Shown: piece by piece, positions 24,724 through 35,061 of the stretch
Layout: the number at the start of each line of letters is the position of its first letter
How positions within the stretch are numbered: the first letter of the stretch is position 1
Virus record (IMG/VR): IMGVR_UViG_3300027708_000024
Source of the DNA: a virus
Reading direction: 5' to 3' (one strand)
Length of the DNA: 64,000 bases
The notes under the pieces: generated by a model
What the model was told of the DNA's origin: nothing
Databases searched by the model: none
The model's input: the letters and a program-made list of their open reading frames with translations, nothing else
Translations under genes and position numbers: made by a program

Positions 24724-27251
24724 TGTCAAACTTCTATACGAATGTTCAAACTTCAGGTAACTATATTCTATATCGTGGTATTCTTGACGGTAAACGTGTC
24801 AAACAACGTATAGAATATTTTCCTACATTATATGTGCCTTCTAAGAAGGTCACAAAATTCACTTCTCTGCAAGGTGAATATCTTGATGAAATCAAGCCTG
24901 GTGGTCTAAGAGACGCAAGAGAGTTTATTAAAAGTTACGAACACGTTGATAATTTTCGTATCTTTGGAAACACCAGACATGAGTATTCTTTCATCGCTGA
25001 TCAACACACTACCGATGTTGATTGGGATCAATCACTAATTCTAACAGCAATCATTGATATCGAGGTTGGATCAGAAAATGGATTCCCGCATCCAGAAACT
25101 GCATCTGAACCAATTACTGCAATCTGTCTCAAATACGTTGGTGGTATAACTTATGTTTTTGGTTGTGGTGATTACAAAGTACAAGGTAAAGAAATCTATG
25201 TACAATGTAGAGATGAAGCAACACTCATCAAACGGTTTATAAAAGTATGGACAGAAAACTATCCAGATATCATCAGTGGTTGGAACATTAAGTTCTTTGA
25301 CTTTCCATATATCATTAATCGGATTCGTAAAGTTCTAGGTGAAGATGATGCAAAAAAACTTTCACCATGGAACTATATTGGCACACGCAAAGCAATTCTG
25401 ATGGGTAAAGAACACACCGTTTATGATATGAATGGTGTTGCAATGTTAGACTACATCGAACTATATCGTAAATATGCTCCTGGTGGTGCATCACAAGATT
25501 CATACAAGTTGGATAATATTGCATCTGTAGAGATTGGTCAGAATAAAATTTCTTATGATGAATATGATTCATTGTATGACTTGTACAAACTAAACTATCA
25601 AAAGTTTATTGAGTACAACATCAAAGACGTTGAGTTGATTGAGAAGTTGGATGATAAACTGAAATTGTTTGAGTTGGCACTAACTCTTGCCTATGATAGT
25701 AAAACTAATTTTGATGATGTGTTTGCACAAGTTCGTATGTGGGACGTTTTGATTTACAATCACTTGCGTGAGCGTGACATTATTATTCCACCATCAGGTA
25801 ACAATCGTAAAGACGAAGCATATGAAGGTGCATATGTCAAAGACCCACAAGTTGGAATGCACAAGTGGGTAGCATCGTTTGACTTGAATAGTCTGTACCC
25901 ACATTTGATTATGCAGTACAATATAAGTCCTGAGACTTTAATTGAACCAGAAAACTACACAGACACACACAGAGACATTTTGGCACAAGGTGTTGATGTA
26001 GATGCATTGTTGAAAAACAAAGTTGATCTAAGTCAATTATCTGCATCTACCATCACACCTAATGGTCAATTCTTCAGAACAGACATTCAAGGTTTTCTTC
26101 CTGCAATGATGGAGAAGATGTATGAAGATCGAAAAGTCTACAAGAAGAAATCAATCGATGCAAAGAAAGCACTTGAGTTGGAATCAGATCCAACTAAACG
26201 ATATGAAATTGAAAAGCGTGTTGCTCGGTATAATAACTTGCAACTTGCAAAAAAAGTTTGTTTGAACTCTGCTTATGGTGCTCTTGGTAATCAATTCTTC
26301 AGATTCTTTGATGTACGACAAGCAGCAGGTATTACATTATCTGGTCAGTTATCTATCCGTTGGATTGAAAACAAGTTAAATGACTACATGAATAAACTGT
26401 TAGGTACAAATGACGATTATGTCATTGCATCTGATACCGATTCGATCTACTTGAAACTTGGTCCACTCATTGATAAATTTGTAAAAAATAAAGATGCAAA
26501 ACAAACAGTCGAAGTGATGGATAGAATTTGTGAAGAAAAGATTCAACCATTTATCGATAAGTCATATGAAGAACTAGCATCGTATGTTCATGCATCTTCT
26601 CAGAAGATGCAAATGAAACGTGAAGCACTTGCAGACAAAGGTATCTGGACTGCAAAGAAACGTTATATTCTCAATGTCTATAACAACGAAGGTGTGCAAT
26701 ATGCAACACCACAAAAGAAAGTCATGGGTCTTGAAATGGTGAAGTCATCAACACCCGCAGCAATTCGTGAGAAGATGGGTCAATCGATTGATATTATGAT
26801 GAATGGAACTGAAGATGAATTACATGAATTCATCGATAAATTCCGTGATGAGTTTAGATCGTTACCACCTGAAGAAATTTCTTTCCCACGTGGAGTAAAT
26901 GGCATAACGCAATATAGTGACAAGTCTGCATTATATAAGAAAGGCACACCAATGCATGTTAAGGGTGCAATACTATATAATCACTATCTGAAAGAAAAAG
27001 GATTAACAAAGAAGTATCCAGAAATTAATGAAGGTGAGAAAATCAAGTTCGCCTATCTAAAGCAGCCAAATCCATTTCAATCAGAAACCGTAATTGGTTT
27101 CCCTGTCAGACTTCCAAAAGAATTTGAATTGGAAGATTATATTGATTATGAAACACAATTTGAGAAAGCATTCATTGATCCAATTACTGTTGTTTTAAAC
27201 TGTATGGGTTGGAGTGCAGAACGTAAGAATTCAATATTCGATTTATTCTAA
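24723..27251 (+). CDS. gp43: DNA polymerase gp43 (family B), uninterrupted
   Basis: DIEV exonuclease, SFDLNSLYP, K..LNSAYG, SDTDS. Confidence 0.98.
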   Translation: MSNFYTNVQTSGNYILYRGILDGKRVKQRIEYFPTLYVPSKKVTKFTSLQGEYLDEIKPGGLRDAREFIKSYEHVDNFRIFGNTRHEYSFIADQHTTDVDWDQSLILTAIIDIEVGSENGFPHPETASEPITAICLKYVGGITYVFGCGDYKVQGKEIYVQCRDEATLIKRFIKVWTENYPDIISGWNIKFFDFPYIINRIRKVLGEDDAKKLSPWNYIGTRKAILMGKEHTVYDMNGVAMLDYIELYRKYAPGGASQDSYKLDNIASVEIGQNKISYDEYDSLYDLYKLNYQKFIEYNIKDVELIEKLDDKLKLFELALTLAYDSKTNFDDVFAQVRMWDVLIYNHLRERDIIIPPSGNNRKDEAYEGAYVKDPQVGMHKWVASFDLNSLYPHLIMQYNISPETLIEPENYTDTHRDILAQGVDVDALLKNKVDLSQLSASTITPNGQFFRTDIQGFLPAMMEKMYEDRKVYKKKSIDAKKALELESDPTKRYEIEKRVARYNNLQLAKKVCLNSAYGALGNQFFRFFDVRQAAGITLSGQLSIRWIENKLNDYMNKLLGTNDDYVIASDTDSIYLKLGPLIDKFVKNKDAKQTVEVMDRICEEKIQPFIDKSYEELASYVHASSQKMQMKREALADKGIWTAKKRYILNVYNNEGVQYATPQKKVMGLEMVKSSTPAAIREKMGQSIDIMMNGTEDELHEFIDKFRDEFRSLPPEEISFPRGVNGITQYSDKSALYKKGTPMHVKGAILYNHYLKEKGLTKKYPEINEGEKIKFAYLKQPNPFQSETVIGFPVRLPKEFELEDYIDYETQFEKAFIDPITVVLNCMGWSAERKNSIFDLF

Positions 27252-28237
27252 TGATATACTTAACATTCCTTTCGGCATTCTTGTTATCAAGCATTGCTGC
27301 ATATTATTCTGTAATTGGATTAGCATCAATATTTGTTGGTGCTTTTTGGCCTGTTGTTGTCATGGGTTCTAGTTTAGAATTTGCTAAAGTTATTACGACC
27401 TCATGGTTATATCGAAACTGGAAAACTATACCAATTTTACTAAAAACATATTTGACGCTTGCCGTTGTAGTATTGATGTTTATCACCTCGATGGGTATTT
27501 TTGGTTACCTATCAAAATCTCATTTAGAGCAATCGACTATGATTGGTCCTATTGCAGATAAAGTAATGCTATATGATGAGAAGATTAGAACAGTGAAGGA
27601 GAATATAGATGCAAACAAGTTGGCACTTAAACAGCTTGATGCGGCTGTGGATCAAGTCATGGTACGAACAGAAGATGCGAAAGGAGCAGAGCGGTCGGTT
27701 CAAATCCGCAAAACCCAACAGAAAGAGCGCATACAACTTACTGATGAAATTGCGAGGCAACAAAAAGAAATTACCAAACTCACGGATGAAAAGGCGCCAC
27801 TTGCGAATGAGCTCCGCAAGGCTGAATCGGATTTCGGCCCGATTAAATATGTTGCCGAATTAATCTATGGTAGTTCAGATAGAGATATTATTGATAAAGC
27901 AGTTCGTGTGGTAATTATTTTGATTATGCTTGTGTTTGATCCTCTTGCCGTGTTATTATTGATAGCAGGAAATATGTCATTGAAGGAACAAAAATCTGAG
28001 AAACCGTCATCTGTACCAAAGAAAACAGAAGTCAATTTAGATATACCGGTATTTGTTCCAAAAGAAAAAGCAAAAGAAACTGATGAAGTCTCAACAAAAA
28101 TTGAAGTGGAAAAAGAAAATCTCATAATGATAGATGAAGCGTCAGGAGAAACAATTCCTCCTATAACTAAATCAAAGTATGATGATGATGCATTATCATT
28201 TCGTGAGAAACCTCATCTTGATGGTGGTAAATTTTAA
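27251..28237 (+). CDS. Membrane protein with central coiled coil
   Basis: 3 N-terminal TM segments, coiled coil, GPIKYVAE, TM VFDPLAVLLL. Confidence 0.7.
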   Translation: MIYLTFLSAFLLSSIAAYYSVIGLASIFVGAFWPVVVMGSSLEFAKVITTSWLYRNWKTIPILLKTYLTLAVVVLMFITSMGIFGYLSKSHLEQSTMIGPIADKVMLYDEKIRTVKENIDANKLALKQLDAAVDQVMVRTEDAKGAERSVQIRKTQQKERIQLTDEIARQQKEITKLTDEKAPLANELRKAESDFGPIKYVAELIYGSSDRDIIDKAVRVVIILIMLVFDPLAVLLLIAGNMSLKEQKSEKPSSVPKKTEVNLDIPVFVPKEKAKETDEVSTKIEVEKENLIMIDEASGETIPPITKSKYDDDALSFREKPHLDGGKF

Positions 28238-28246
28238 AGGAAAACT

Positions 28247-29317
28247 ATGAGCGTACTTGACAAAATCAAAAAGAACAGTAGCATCAAAGAGTCTGCTGTT
28301 CTATCAAAATCTAAATTCTTCTTAGAAAAAGATTTTATTCCTACTGCAATTCCAGCAATAAATATTGCATTGAGTGGAAGAATAGATGGTGGCCTAACGC
28401 CTGGTCTTACCATGTGGGCAGGTCCATCAAAACATTTTAAAACTGCCTTCAGTCTACTGATGGCAAAATCTTATTTGGACAAATACAAAGATGCTGCTCT
28501 ATTATTTTACGATAGCGAGTTTGGGACTCCTCAATCTTATTTCGATTCATTCGGTATTGATACCGATCGTGTGCTCCATACCCCTCTTACTGATATCGAA
28601 CAGTTGAAATTTGATATCATGCAACAAATCACCAGTTTAGATAGAGATGATAAAATTATAATTGTTATTGATTCTATTGGTAACTTAGCATCGAAGAAAG
28701 AAGTTGATGATGCACTTGAAGGTAAATCTGTTGCTGATATGAGCCGTGCAAAACAAGTAAAATCATTGTTCAGAATGGTCACACCTCATTTGACAATGAA
28801 AGATATTCCAATGATTGTTGTCAATCATACCTATAAAGAAATTGGTTTATATCCTAAAGATATCGTTGGTGGTGGTACAGGTTCGTACTATTCCGCAGAT
28901 AACATTTTTATTCTTGGTCGTCAACAAGAAAAAGAAGGAACAGAAGTTGTTGGATATAATTTTATAATTAATGTAGAAAAAAGTCGATATGTTAAAGAGA
29001 AATCTAAAATCCCTATCACTGTATCTTTTGATGGTGGTATTAGTAAGTGGTCTGGTCTCCTTGATATTGCTCTTGAGTCCAAACATGTTGTTAAACCATC
29101 CAATGGTTGGTATTCACGGGTAGATGTTGAAACAGGTGAAATTGAAGATAAGAAATTTAGAATTAAAGATACCGACACAAAAGAATTCTGGTTACCTATC
29201 TTAGAAAAAAAATCATTCAAAGATTATGTTGAAAGTAGATATAGTATTGCAAATGGAAATATTATGCAAGAAGATATAGATGACGCATTTTCTGTAGAAA
29301 CTATGAATGGAGCATAA
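28247..29317 (+). CDS. uvsX: RecA-like recombinase UvsX
   Basis: AGPSKHFKT, YDSEFG, DSIGNLAS. Confidence 0.96.
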   Translation: MSVLDKIKKNSSIKESAVLSKSKFFLEKDFIPTAIPAINIALSGRIDGGLTPGLTMWAGPSKHFKTAFSLLMAKSYLDKYKDAALLFYDSEFGTPQSYFDSFGIDTDRVLHTPLTDIEQLKFDIMQQITSLDRDDKIIIVIDSIGNLASKKEVDDALEGKSVADMSRAKQVKSLFRMVTPHLTMKDIPMIVVNHTYKEIGLYPKDIVGGGTGSYYSADNIFILGRQQEKEGTEVVGYNFIINVEKSRYVKEKSKIPITVSFDGGISKWSGLLDIALESKHVVKPSNGWYSRVDVETGEIEDKKFRIKDTDTKEFWLPILEKKSFKDYVESRYSIANGNIMQEDIDDAFSVETMNGA

Positions 29318-29642
29318 AATGATCGAAGGTATTGATTATTGTTTTATTTACCCAAAAGGAAATGAAACCGATGTACATATCAAATTACTAAAAGGACAAT
29401 ATACCGACACCACTTTTAAATACGGTAAAGTAAAATTTAAAGAAGAAAGTGATGGTGTTCATTTACTTTTTGCTTACGATGTGTTAGAATCTACAGTTGA
29501 TAAACCAAAAAAATTAGAGAAGGATAAGGCCTTCAAAAATTATCTTGGTGATTTTCTTGTAGAACTCATGTCGGGAAACTTAGAACAGGATATTATTGAT
29601 GAATCTGGAAACGACGATACTGAAAAATTTGATTTACAATGA
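29307..29642 (+). CDS. Hypothetical protein (gp40 position)
   Basis: Between uvsX and gp41. Confidence 0.6.
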   Translation: MEHKMIEGIDYCFIYPKGNETDVHIKLLKGQYTDTTFKYGKVKFKEESDGVHLLFAYDVLESTVDKPKKLEKDKAFKNYLGDFLVELMSGNLEQDIIDESGNDDTEKFDLQ

Positions 29643-30972
29643 AGAATATTTAAGAAAAGTTTTACCATTTCTAAAGTCTGAATACTTCACTAATCGAATT
29701 GAGAAATTAATTTATAATGAGATTTCATCATTCGCAACAAATTACAATACTTCACCAACGACTGAATCACTCGGTATTGCCATCAGAGAAAAGAACAATA
29801 TCTCGGCTGAAGAAGTTGAGAAGTGCGAAACTTATATCAAAGAAATTGAGGCATCTAAGGAAACGCAGACCAAGATGGAATGGCTTATTGATAAGTCAGA
29901 GTTGTTCTGCCAAGAGAAAGCAATTTACAATGCTGTATTGGGGTCTATTTCTATTCTCGATGGAAAAGACAAAACTCACGAGAAAGGTGCGATTCCCAAG
30001 ATACTATCGGATGCCTTAGCAGTAAGTTTTGACAACTCAATTGGCCATGATTATCTAGATGACTCAGATAGTCGATTTGAATTCTATCATCGTGTTGAAC
30101 AACGCATTCCTTTTGATCTAGACTATTTCAACAAGATAACTAAAGGTGGTCTACCTAAGAAAACACTAAACATTGCACTTGCGGGTACTGGTGTAGGTAA
30201 GTCCTTGTTTATGTGCCATGTTGCTGCTGGTTGTATGACACAAGGTAAAAATGTGTTATATATAACATTAGAGATGGCAGAAGAAAAGATTGCAGAACGT
30301 ATTGATGCCAATCTATTGAATGTTACAGTTGATGAATTATCTGAGTTGCCAAAAGACTTATATGATAAAAAAGTAAATAAAGTAAAACAGATGACTACGG
30401 GTAAACTTATTATCAAAGAATACCCAACTGCATCTGCTTCTTCAATTCACTTCAGGACACTATTAAATGAATTACATCTCAAACGTAATTTCGTACCTGA
30501 CATTATCTTTATTGACTATCTCAATATTTGTTGCTCAGCTCGTATTAAGGCTGGCGCAAATGTTAATTCCTATACCTACGTTAAAGCAATCGCTGAAGAA
30601 CTCAGAGGATTGGCTGTGGAATTTGGTGTTCCTATTGTTTCTGCTACTCAAACCACAAGGAGCGGTTTCACAAGCAGCGACCCCGGCCTCGAGGACACAA
30701 GTGAATCGTTTGGACTCCCAGCAACTGCCGATCTCATGTTCGCTCTTATCTCATCTGAGGAACTCGAAGCACTTGGTCAAATAATGGTGAAACAATTAAA
30801 GAATCGATATTCTGACCCGACATTACATAAAAGATTTGTTCTAGGTATTGACAGATCAAAGATGAGACTGTATGATGTTGAACAACAAGCACAAAATGGT
30901 ATTGTCGATTCAGGTAAACCACAAGTTGATAATAAATTCAAAAAGAAATCATTTGACGATATTAAAGTATGA
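29599..30972 (+). CDS. gp41: Replicative helicase gp41 (DnaB-like)
   Basis: AGTGVGKS, IDYLNI, SATQTTR, KQLKNRY. Confidence 0.96.
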   Translation: MNLETTILKNLIYNEEYLRKVLPFLKSEYFTNRIEKLIYNEISSFATNYNTSPTTESLGIAIREKNNISAEEVEKCETYIKEIEASKETQTKMEWLIDKSELFCQEKAIYNAVLGSISILDGKDKTHEKGAIPKILSDALAVSFDNSIGHDYLDDSDSRFEFYHRVEQRIPFDLDYFNKITKGGLPKKTLNIALAGTGVGKSLFMCHVAAGCMTQGKNVLYITLEMAEEKIAERIDANLLNVTVDELSELPKDLYDKKVNKVKQMTTGKLIIKEYPTASASSIHFRTLLNELHLKRNFVPDIIFIDYLNICCSARIKAGANVNSYTYVKAIAEELRGLAVEFGVPIVSATQTTRSGFTSSDPGLEDTSESFGLPATADLMFALISSEELEALGQIMVKQLKNRYSDPTLHKRFVLGIDRSKMRLYDVEQQAQNGIVDSGKPQVDNKFKKKSFDDIKV

Positions 30973-32237
30973 TTAATGAAGAAATAATTGAGTATTTTTC
31001 TAAGAATTGTGATGACAGAGGAATACCCGAAGTATCATTTGATGGTTGGCAAAATCTAATTACCACTTATCGAAAAGATGATATCAGAGAATCACTTGCT
31101 GAGTATGTTCATAGAAACAATATACCTTTCCCAATAAAGAGAATACACAAAGATAATTTTGGTAATCTTTTTATTCGTTTTTGTATGAAGTCGCATTTAC
31201 CTTTATATAAAGAGTTTGATGACGTACAAGAAAGGTACGATTACAAATACAAGTATAGTGATAAACCTTTGGGTGTAATTGATAAGACACATGCATTCAA
31301 TGATGTCAGTGATTATTTTCAACAAGAAAACAGAATGAAGTGTGGTAGTAATGCCTCATTGGCACCAATGGAAATTTGGAACGATAAAGGTAATCTTTCC
31401 AGAATGAATTGGATCTTCTGGCGTAATGGTGTTATGGAAGACTCTGGTGTAAATGAGAAAACGTTCCGTTCATCATTTCGACTAGGAACATACACAGCAA
31501 CACAGTTTAAACCGTCTGTAGCAAAGGCAATCTATGAGAAACATGAAGCAGTCAATGTGCTAGACACCTCCTGCGGATGGGGTGACAGACTTGCCGGTTT
31601 CTATGCAACACCATCTACAAAACTATATGTTGGTTGTGATCCAAATCCTGAAGTGTTTGAGGTATATAAGAAACAATGTGTTGCCTATGAAGAATTGCTA
31701 GGTGCAACACCAGTCTTGACTGAATCGGAAGATTACTTTGAGTGCATTGGTACAAAGACAGTTAAGATATGGAGAAAACCATGTGAGGATGTGAATTGGG
31801 ATTTATACATTGATACGTTTGATTTATACTTCACCTCACCACCATACTTTGATACCGAGACATATGGAACAACAACAAACAAGACTGAAGATCAATCTTG
31901 GTCGAGATACAATTCATTTGATGCATGGAAATATAATTTCTTTTTCAAAGTCACCAATTTGGTTTGGAAAACTATAAAGAGTGATGGTTATATGATGATA
32001 AATATCATAGAACCTAGAAGTCGCCGTGGTGTAAGACTTAAACTATGTGACGATATGGTAGAGACATTTCAGTCATTCGAAGGTTCAAATTACATAGGTA
32101 AAATTGGTATGCGAATGGTTGCACGACCAAATACCCAAGAACTTAATAGTGTTTTTATTGAACCTGTTTGGGTGTTCAGAAAAAATAACAGTAGTTACAT
32201 AGACGACGATAAACTTACCATAGAGGACTTTTTATAA
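30969..32237 (+). CDS. Second DNA amino-methyltransferase-like protein
   Basis: LDTSCGWGDRL and TSPPYF. Confidence 0.8.
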   Translation: MINEEIIEYFSKNCDDRGIPEVSFDGWQNLITTYRKDDIRESLAEYVHRNNIPFPIKRIHKDNFGNLFIRFCMKSHLPLYKEFDDVQERYDYKYKYSDKPLGVIDKTHAFNDVSDYFQQENRMKCGSNASLAPMEIWNDKGNLSRMNWIFWRNGVMEDSGVNEKTFRSSFRLGTYTATQFKPSVAKAIYEKHEAVNVLDTSCGWGDRLAGFYATPSTKLYVGCDPNPEVFEVYKKQCVAYEELLGATPVLTESEDYFECIGTKTVKIWRKPCEDVNWDLYIDTFDLYFTSPPYFDTETYGTTTNKTEDQSWSRYNSFDAWKYNFFFKVTNLVWKTIKSDGYMMINIIEPRSRRGVRLKLCDDMVETFQSFEGSNYIGKIGMRMVARPNTQELNSVFIEPVWVFRKNNSSYIDDDKLTIEDFL

Positions 32238-33583
32238 TGGCAGCATTATCCGCCGCAGATTTCTTCAAACAACCAACAGCAAATAGACCTGACCGTAAAA
32301 TGATTATATTGGAAAAATATAAAAACGGAGAGGCATTTGAGATGGCCATTGGTCCTTCTCCGGTAGTATTTAAATATGAAAAATCTGTTTATGATAAAAT
32401 TGCTGCTTTGATTCCTGGTGATAACAAAGGATACAACTCGATTGTATTGAAAGATAAAAATAATAAACAATACTATTTAAAAAATATATCTAAGAGTAAA
32501 GATTTAGGTGGTGGAGGCGGTTCTGGTGCAGGAGCAGAAAACACAAAGATGAATGAATCCTCGGTTTGTTTATGGTGTGCAGTATATACAAAATATGGTG
32601 TTGCTGATAAAAATGCAGTGGTAAAATATTATAAAGATGTTAAAGACATCTATAATGTAGACGAATCAGATGAGAACATGATATCACAAACTGATGATGC
32701 TTGGTTAAAACATTATGAACGTACTGCTAAATTTTTAGTTGATGGTCTTTTTAATCAAGGTAATTACATATTTCATCGTGGATCTGACCTTGTTGATATG
32801 ATCAATAAAAAATTTTCTGAACTCAACAAGAAAATGGAAGTACCATTTGCAAATATTAATAAATGGTCGCCAGCTGATATATGGGCAGTGAAAAAAGGAT
32901 TCAAGTTAGATATTTCTGAGTGTCAAACATTAGACTGTTTGAATCGTGATTTATTAAATGCATTAAAAGATAGAAATTTAGTAGGAATATCTTTAAAGAA
33001 AACTTTAAATGGCATTCATCAAACAAATTATAATGTTGGTGAAAAAAGACCGCCCATGACTTGGAATGGGTTTAGAGTTAAGGCCGATAAAAAAGATTCT
33101 AACATATTATCATCTAAAGATGTATACATTTATGGTAAAGGCGAAGATGAAATTGCAATGCAGCTACGCTCATTTGCAGATTTATCTGGTTGGCAAGGTG
33201 AACTGATTGGTGCTGTCGCAAAATATGGAAAGATAGCATATGGTCCAATCAATTTAATATTAAAAGATTTAGGTTTAGATCAATTACCAAATCAACAACA
33301 TATAATCAGTCTAGCAAGAGTTAAAGATAAAAAAATGATTGATGATTTATATAACACATTCTCAAAGTATGATAGTCCAGGAATGACAAAAGAAGCATTC
33401 AGATCGGCGGTACAATCTAAAGATACTTCATCAGATAAATTATATTCAAAATACTTAGGTGTAACATTGATAGATATATTAATGTCTACAACAGAAAAGA
33501 ATAGAAATGCATTTGTGCAAGGTGCTTTAGGATATGCACTTTCAAACACTAAAAATAGTGCTCCATTTATTAAGGTATCATAA
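32237..33583 (+). CDS. Putative PD-(D/E)XK-like endonuclease
   Basis: E..., KWSPADIW...VGISLKK pattern. Confidence 0.55.
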   Translation: MAALSAADFFKQPTANRPDRKMIILEKYKNGEAFEMAIGPSPVVFKYEKSVYDKIAALIPGDNKGYNSIVLKDKNNKQYYLKNISKSKDLGGGGGSGAGAENTKMNESSVCLWCAVYTKYGVADKNAVVKYYKDVKDIYNVDESDENMISQTDDAWLKHYERTAKFLVDGLFNQGNYIFHRGSDLVDMINKKFSELNKKMEVPFANINKWSPADIWAVKKGFKLDISECQTLDCLNRDLLNALKDRNLVGISLKKTLNGIHQTNYNVGEKRPPMTWNGFRVKADKKDSNILSSKDVYIYGKGEDEIAMQLRSFADLSGWQGELIGAVAKYGKIAYGPINLILKDLGLDQLPNQQHIISLARVKDKKMIDDLYNTFSKYDSPGMTKEAFRSAVQSKDTSSDKLYSKYLGVTLIDILMSTTEKNRNAFVQGALGYALSNTKNSAPFIKVS

Positions 33584-34057
33584 ATGACACTAGATGATAT
33601 TCCAAATTCAATTCATAGTGGGTCTGTTGGTATCTCCAATGCTTTTGATTTGGTAGATAAGTATTCAAAAAAACCTGGACTACCTGAACCAAAAGCAAAC
33701 AAACTTAAATTGTTACTTATTCAAACCAAAGATATCTACAACACTATACCTAGTGGATTTTTGAATAGACTATCAATGACAGGCAAACTAAAAGACTATG
33801 TAAAAGATTGGGATAGTAAACATCTAAAAGATGCATGGGTTGATCCTGAAAATTATGCAATGCAGCTGCGTACTCATGTTGAATATAAGTTGAATATGGA
33901 TATCATTGCTGCAAAACAATCAGATACTAAATTGAATCGTCAAAAAGAAAAGAAATGGGTACTGGAATATTTTTATGCAAACCACAATTCTTTTATTCAA
34001 CTATATAACCTGTATAATAATTTTTTAAAAATTAAGGATGTGATAAATGGCAATTGA
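33584..34057 (+). CDS. Hypothetical helical protein
   Basis: ORF; weak resemblance to C-terminus of 40974 ORF. Confidence 0.55.
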   Translation: MTLDDIPNSIHSGSVGISNAFDLVDKYSKKPGLPEPKANKLKLLLIQTKDIYNTIPSGFLNRLSMTGKLKDYVKDWDSKHLKDAWVDPENYAMQLRTHVEYKLNMDIIAAKQSDTKLNRQKEKKWVLEYFYANHNSFIQLYNLYNNFLKIKDVINGN

Positions 34058-34331
34058 TTATAATTTTGATAAAGTGTTTGCAGAGTATCAGGATTTATCT
34101 GATGACTTTGGATTTTCTGCCGTAAGTGAAGATGAGTACAACAAAGTTGTTAATGAATCCGAACAGACTGTTGAAACATATAAAGATAAACTAAAAGAAG
34201 TAGAAAAGTTAGTTATTCCATTTCTACAGAAATTGTACCAAACTGCTGACAAAGAATACATTTACTGGCCAAATCGCAAACCTACCATAGAAAAACAAAT
34301 AGAGAAAATCCTAAAACTAACTCGTTCCTAA
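34047..34331 (+). CDS. Conserved hypothetical protein
   Basis: DFGFSAVSE...KEYIYWPNR. Confidence 0.65.
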   Translation: MAIDYNFDKVFAEYQDLSDDFGFSAVSEDEYNKVVNESEQTVETYKDKLKEVEKLVIPFLQKLYQTADKEYIYWPNRKPTIEKQIEKILKLTRS

Positions 34332-34335
34332 TATT

Positions 34336-35061
34336 ATGACTCCTTTGATTACAGTAATAACACCTACGACAGGTGCACCCACCTTTAAGCAAACACTTGA
34401 TTCTGTCAAATCACAAACATATAAAAACATACAACACCTAGTTGTTATTGATGGTGATTATCCTAAAGCAAAATTAACATTACAAGAATATCAAAATGTA
34501 GATGTTATTAAACTACCATACCCAACAGGTAAAGATCAATACAATGGCCATCGAATTTATGGTGCAATGACTTATATTGCCAAAGGTGATTTCATATGCT
34601 TTTTAGATGAAGATAATTGGTATGAAGAAAATCATATTGAATCATTAGTTGATGTTATATCAAAAGGAAATACTTGGGCATACTCACTACGCAAAATAGT
34701 CAGTCAAGAAGGCGAATACATATGTAACGATGATTGTGAATCGTTAGGTAAGTGGACTTCGGTAATCAACGATATGTTTGTTGATGTGAACTGTTTTATG
34801 ATACCAAAACTATCAGCATTGCAGTTTTCACCATACTGGTATCGTAGAGCAAGGCATCCACAAGAACAACCAGAAGTAGATAGAATCTTGTCACCATTTA
34901 TGATGCAAACTCAAGATAAATTTGACACGAACGGTCAATATAGTGTAAACTACAGAGTAGCAAGTAGAGCAGATTCGGTACAGGCAGAATTCTTTATAAG
35001 AGGCAATGAGCAAATGATGAAGAAATATAATGGAGAATTACCATGGCAAAAAAAGATTTAA
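34336..35061 (+). CDS. Glycosyltransferase family 2
   Basis: ITVITPT, SV..QTY.N, FLDED. Confidence 0.85.
   Translation: MTPLITVITPTTGAPTFKQTLDSVKSQTYKNIQHLVVIDGDYPKAKLTLQEYQNVDVIKLPYPTGKDQYNGHRIYGAMTYIAKGDFICFLDEDNWYEENHIESLVDVISKGNTWAYSLRKIVSQEGEYICNDDCESLGKWTSVINDMFVDVNCFMIPKLSALQFSPYWYRRARHPQEQPEVDRILSPFMMQTQDKFDTNGQYSVNYRVASRADSVQAEFFIRGNEQMMKKYNGELPWQKKI

Noticed and set aside
27691-27710. GGTTCAAATCC T-arm-like sequence
   Set aside because: Inside a CDS with no acceptor, D or anticodon arms.
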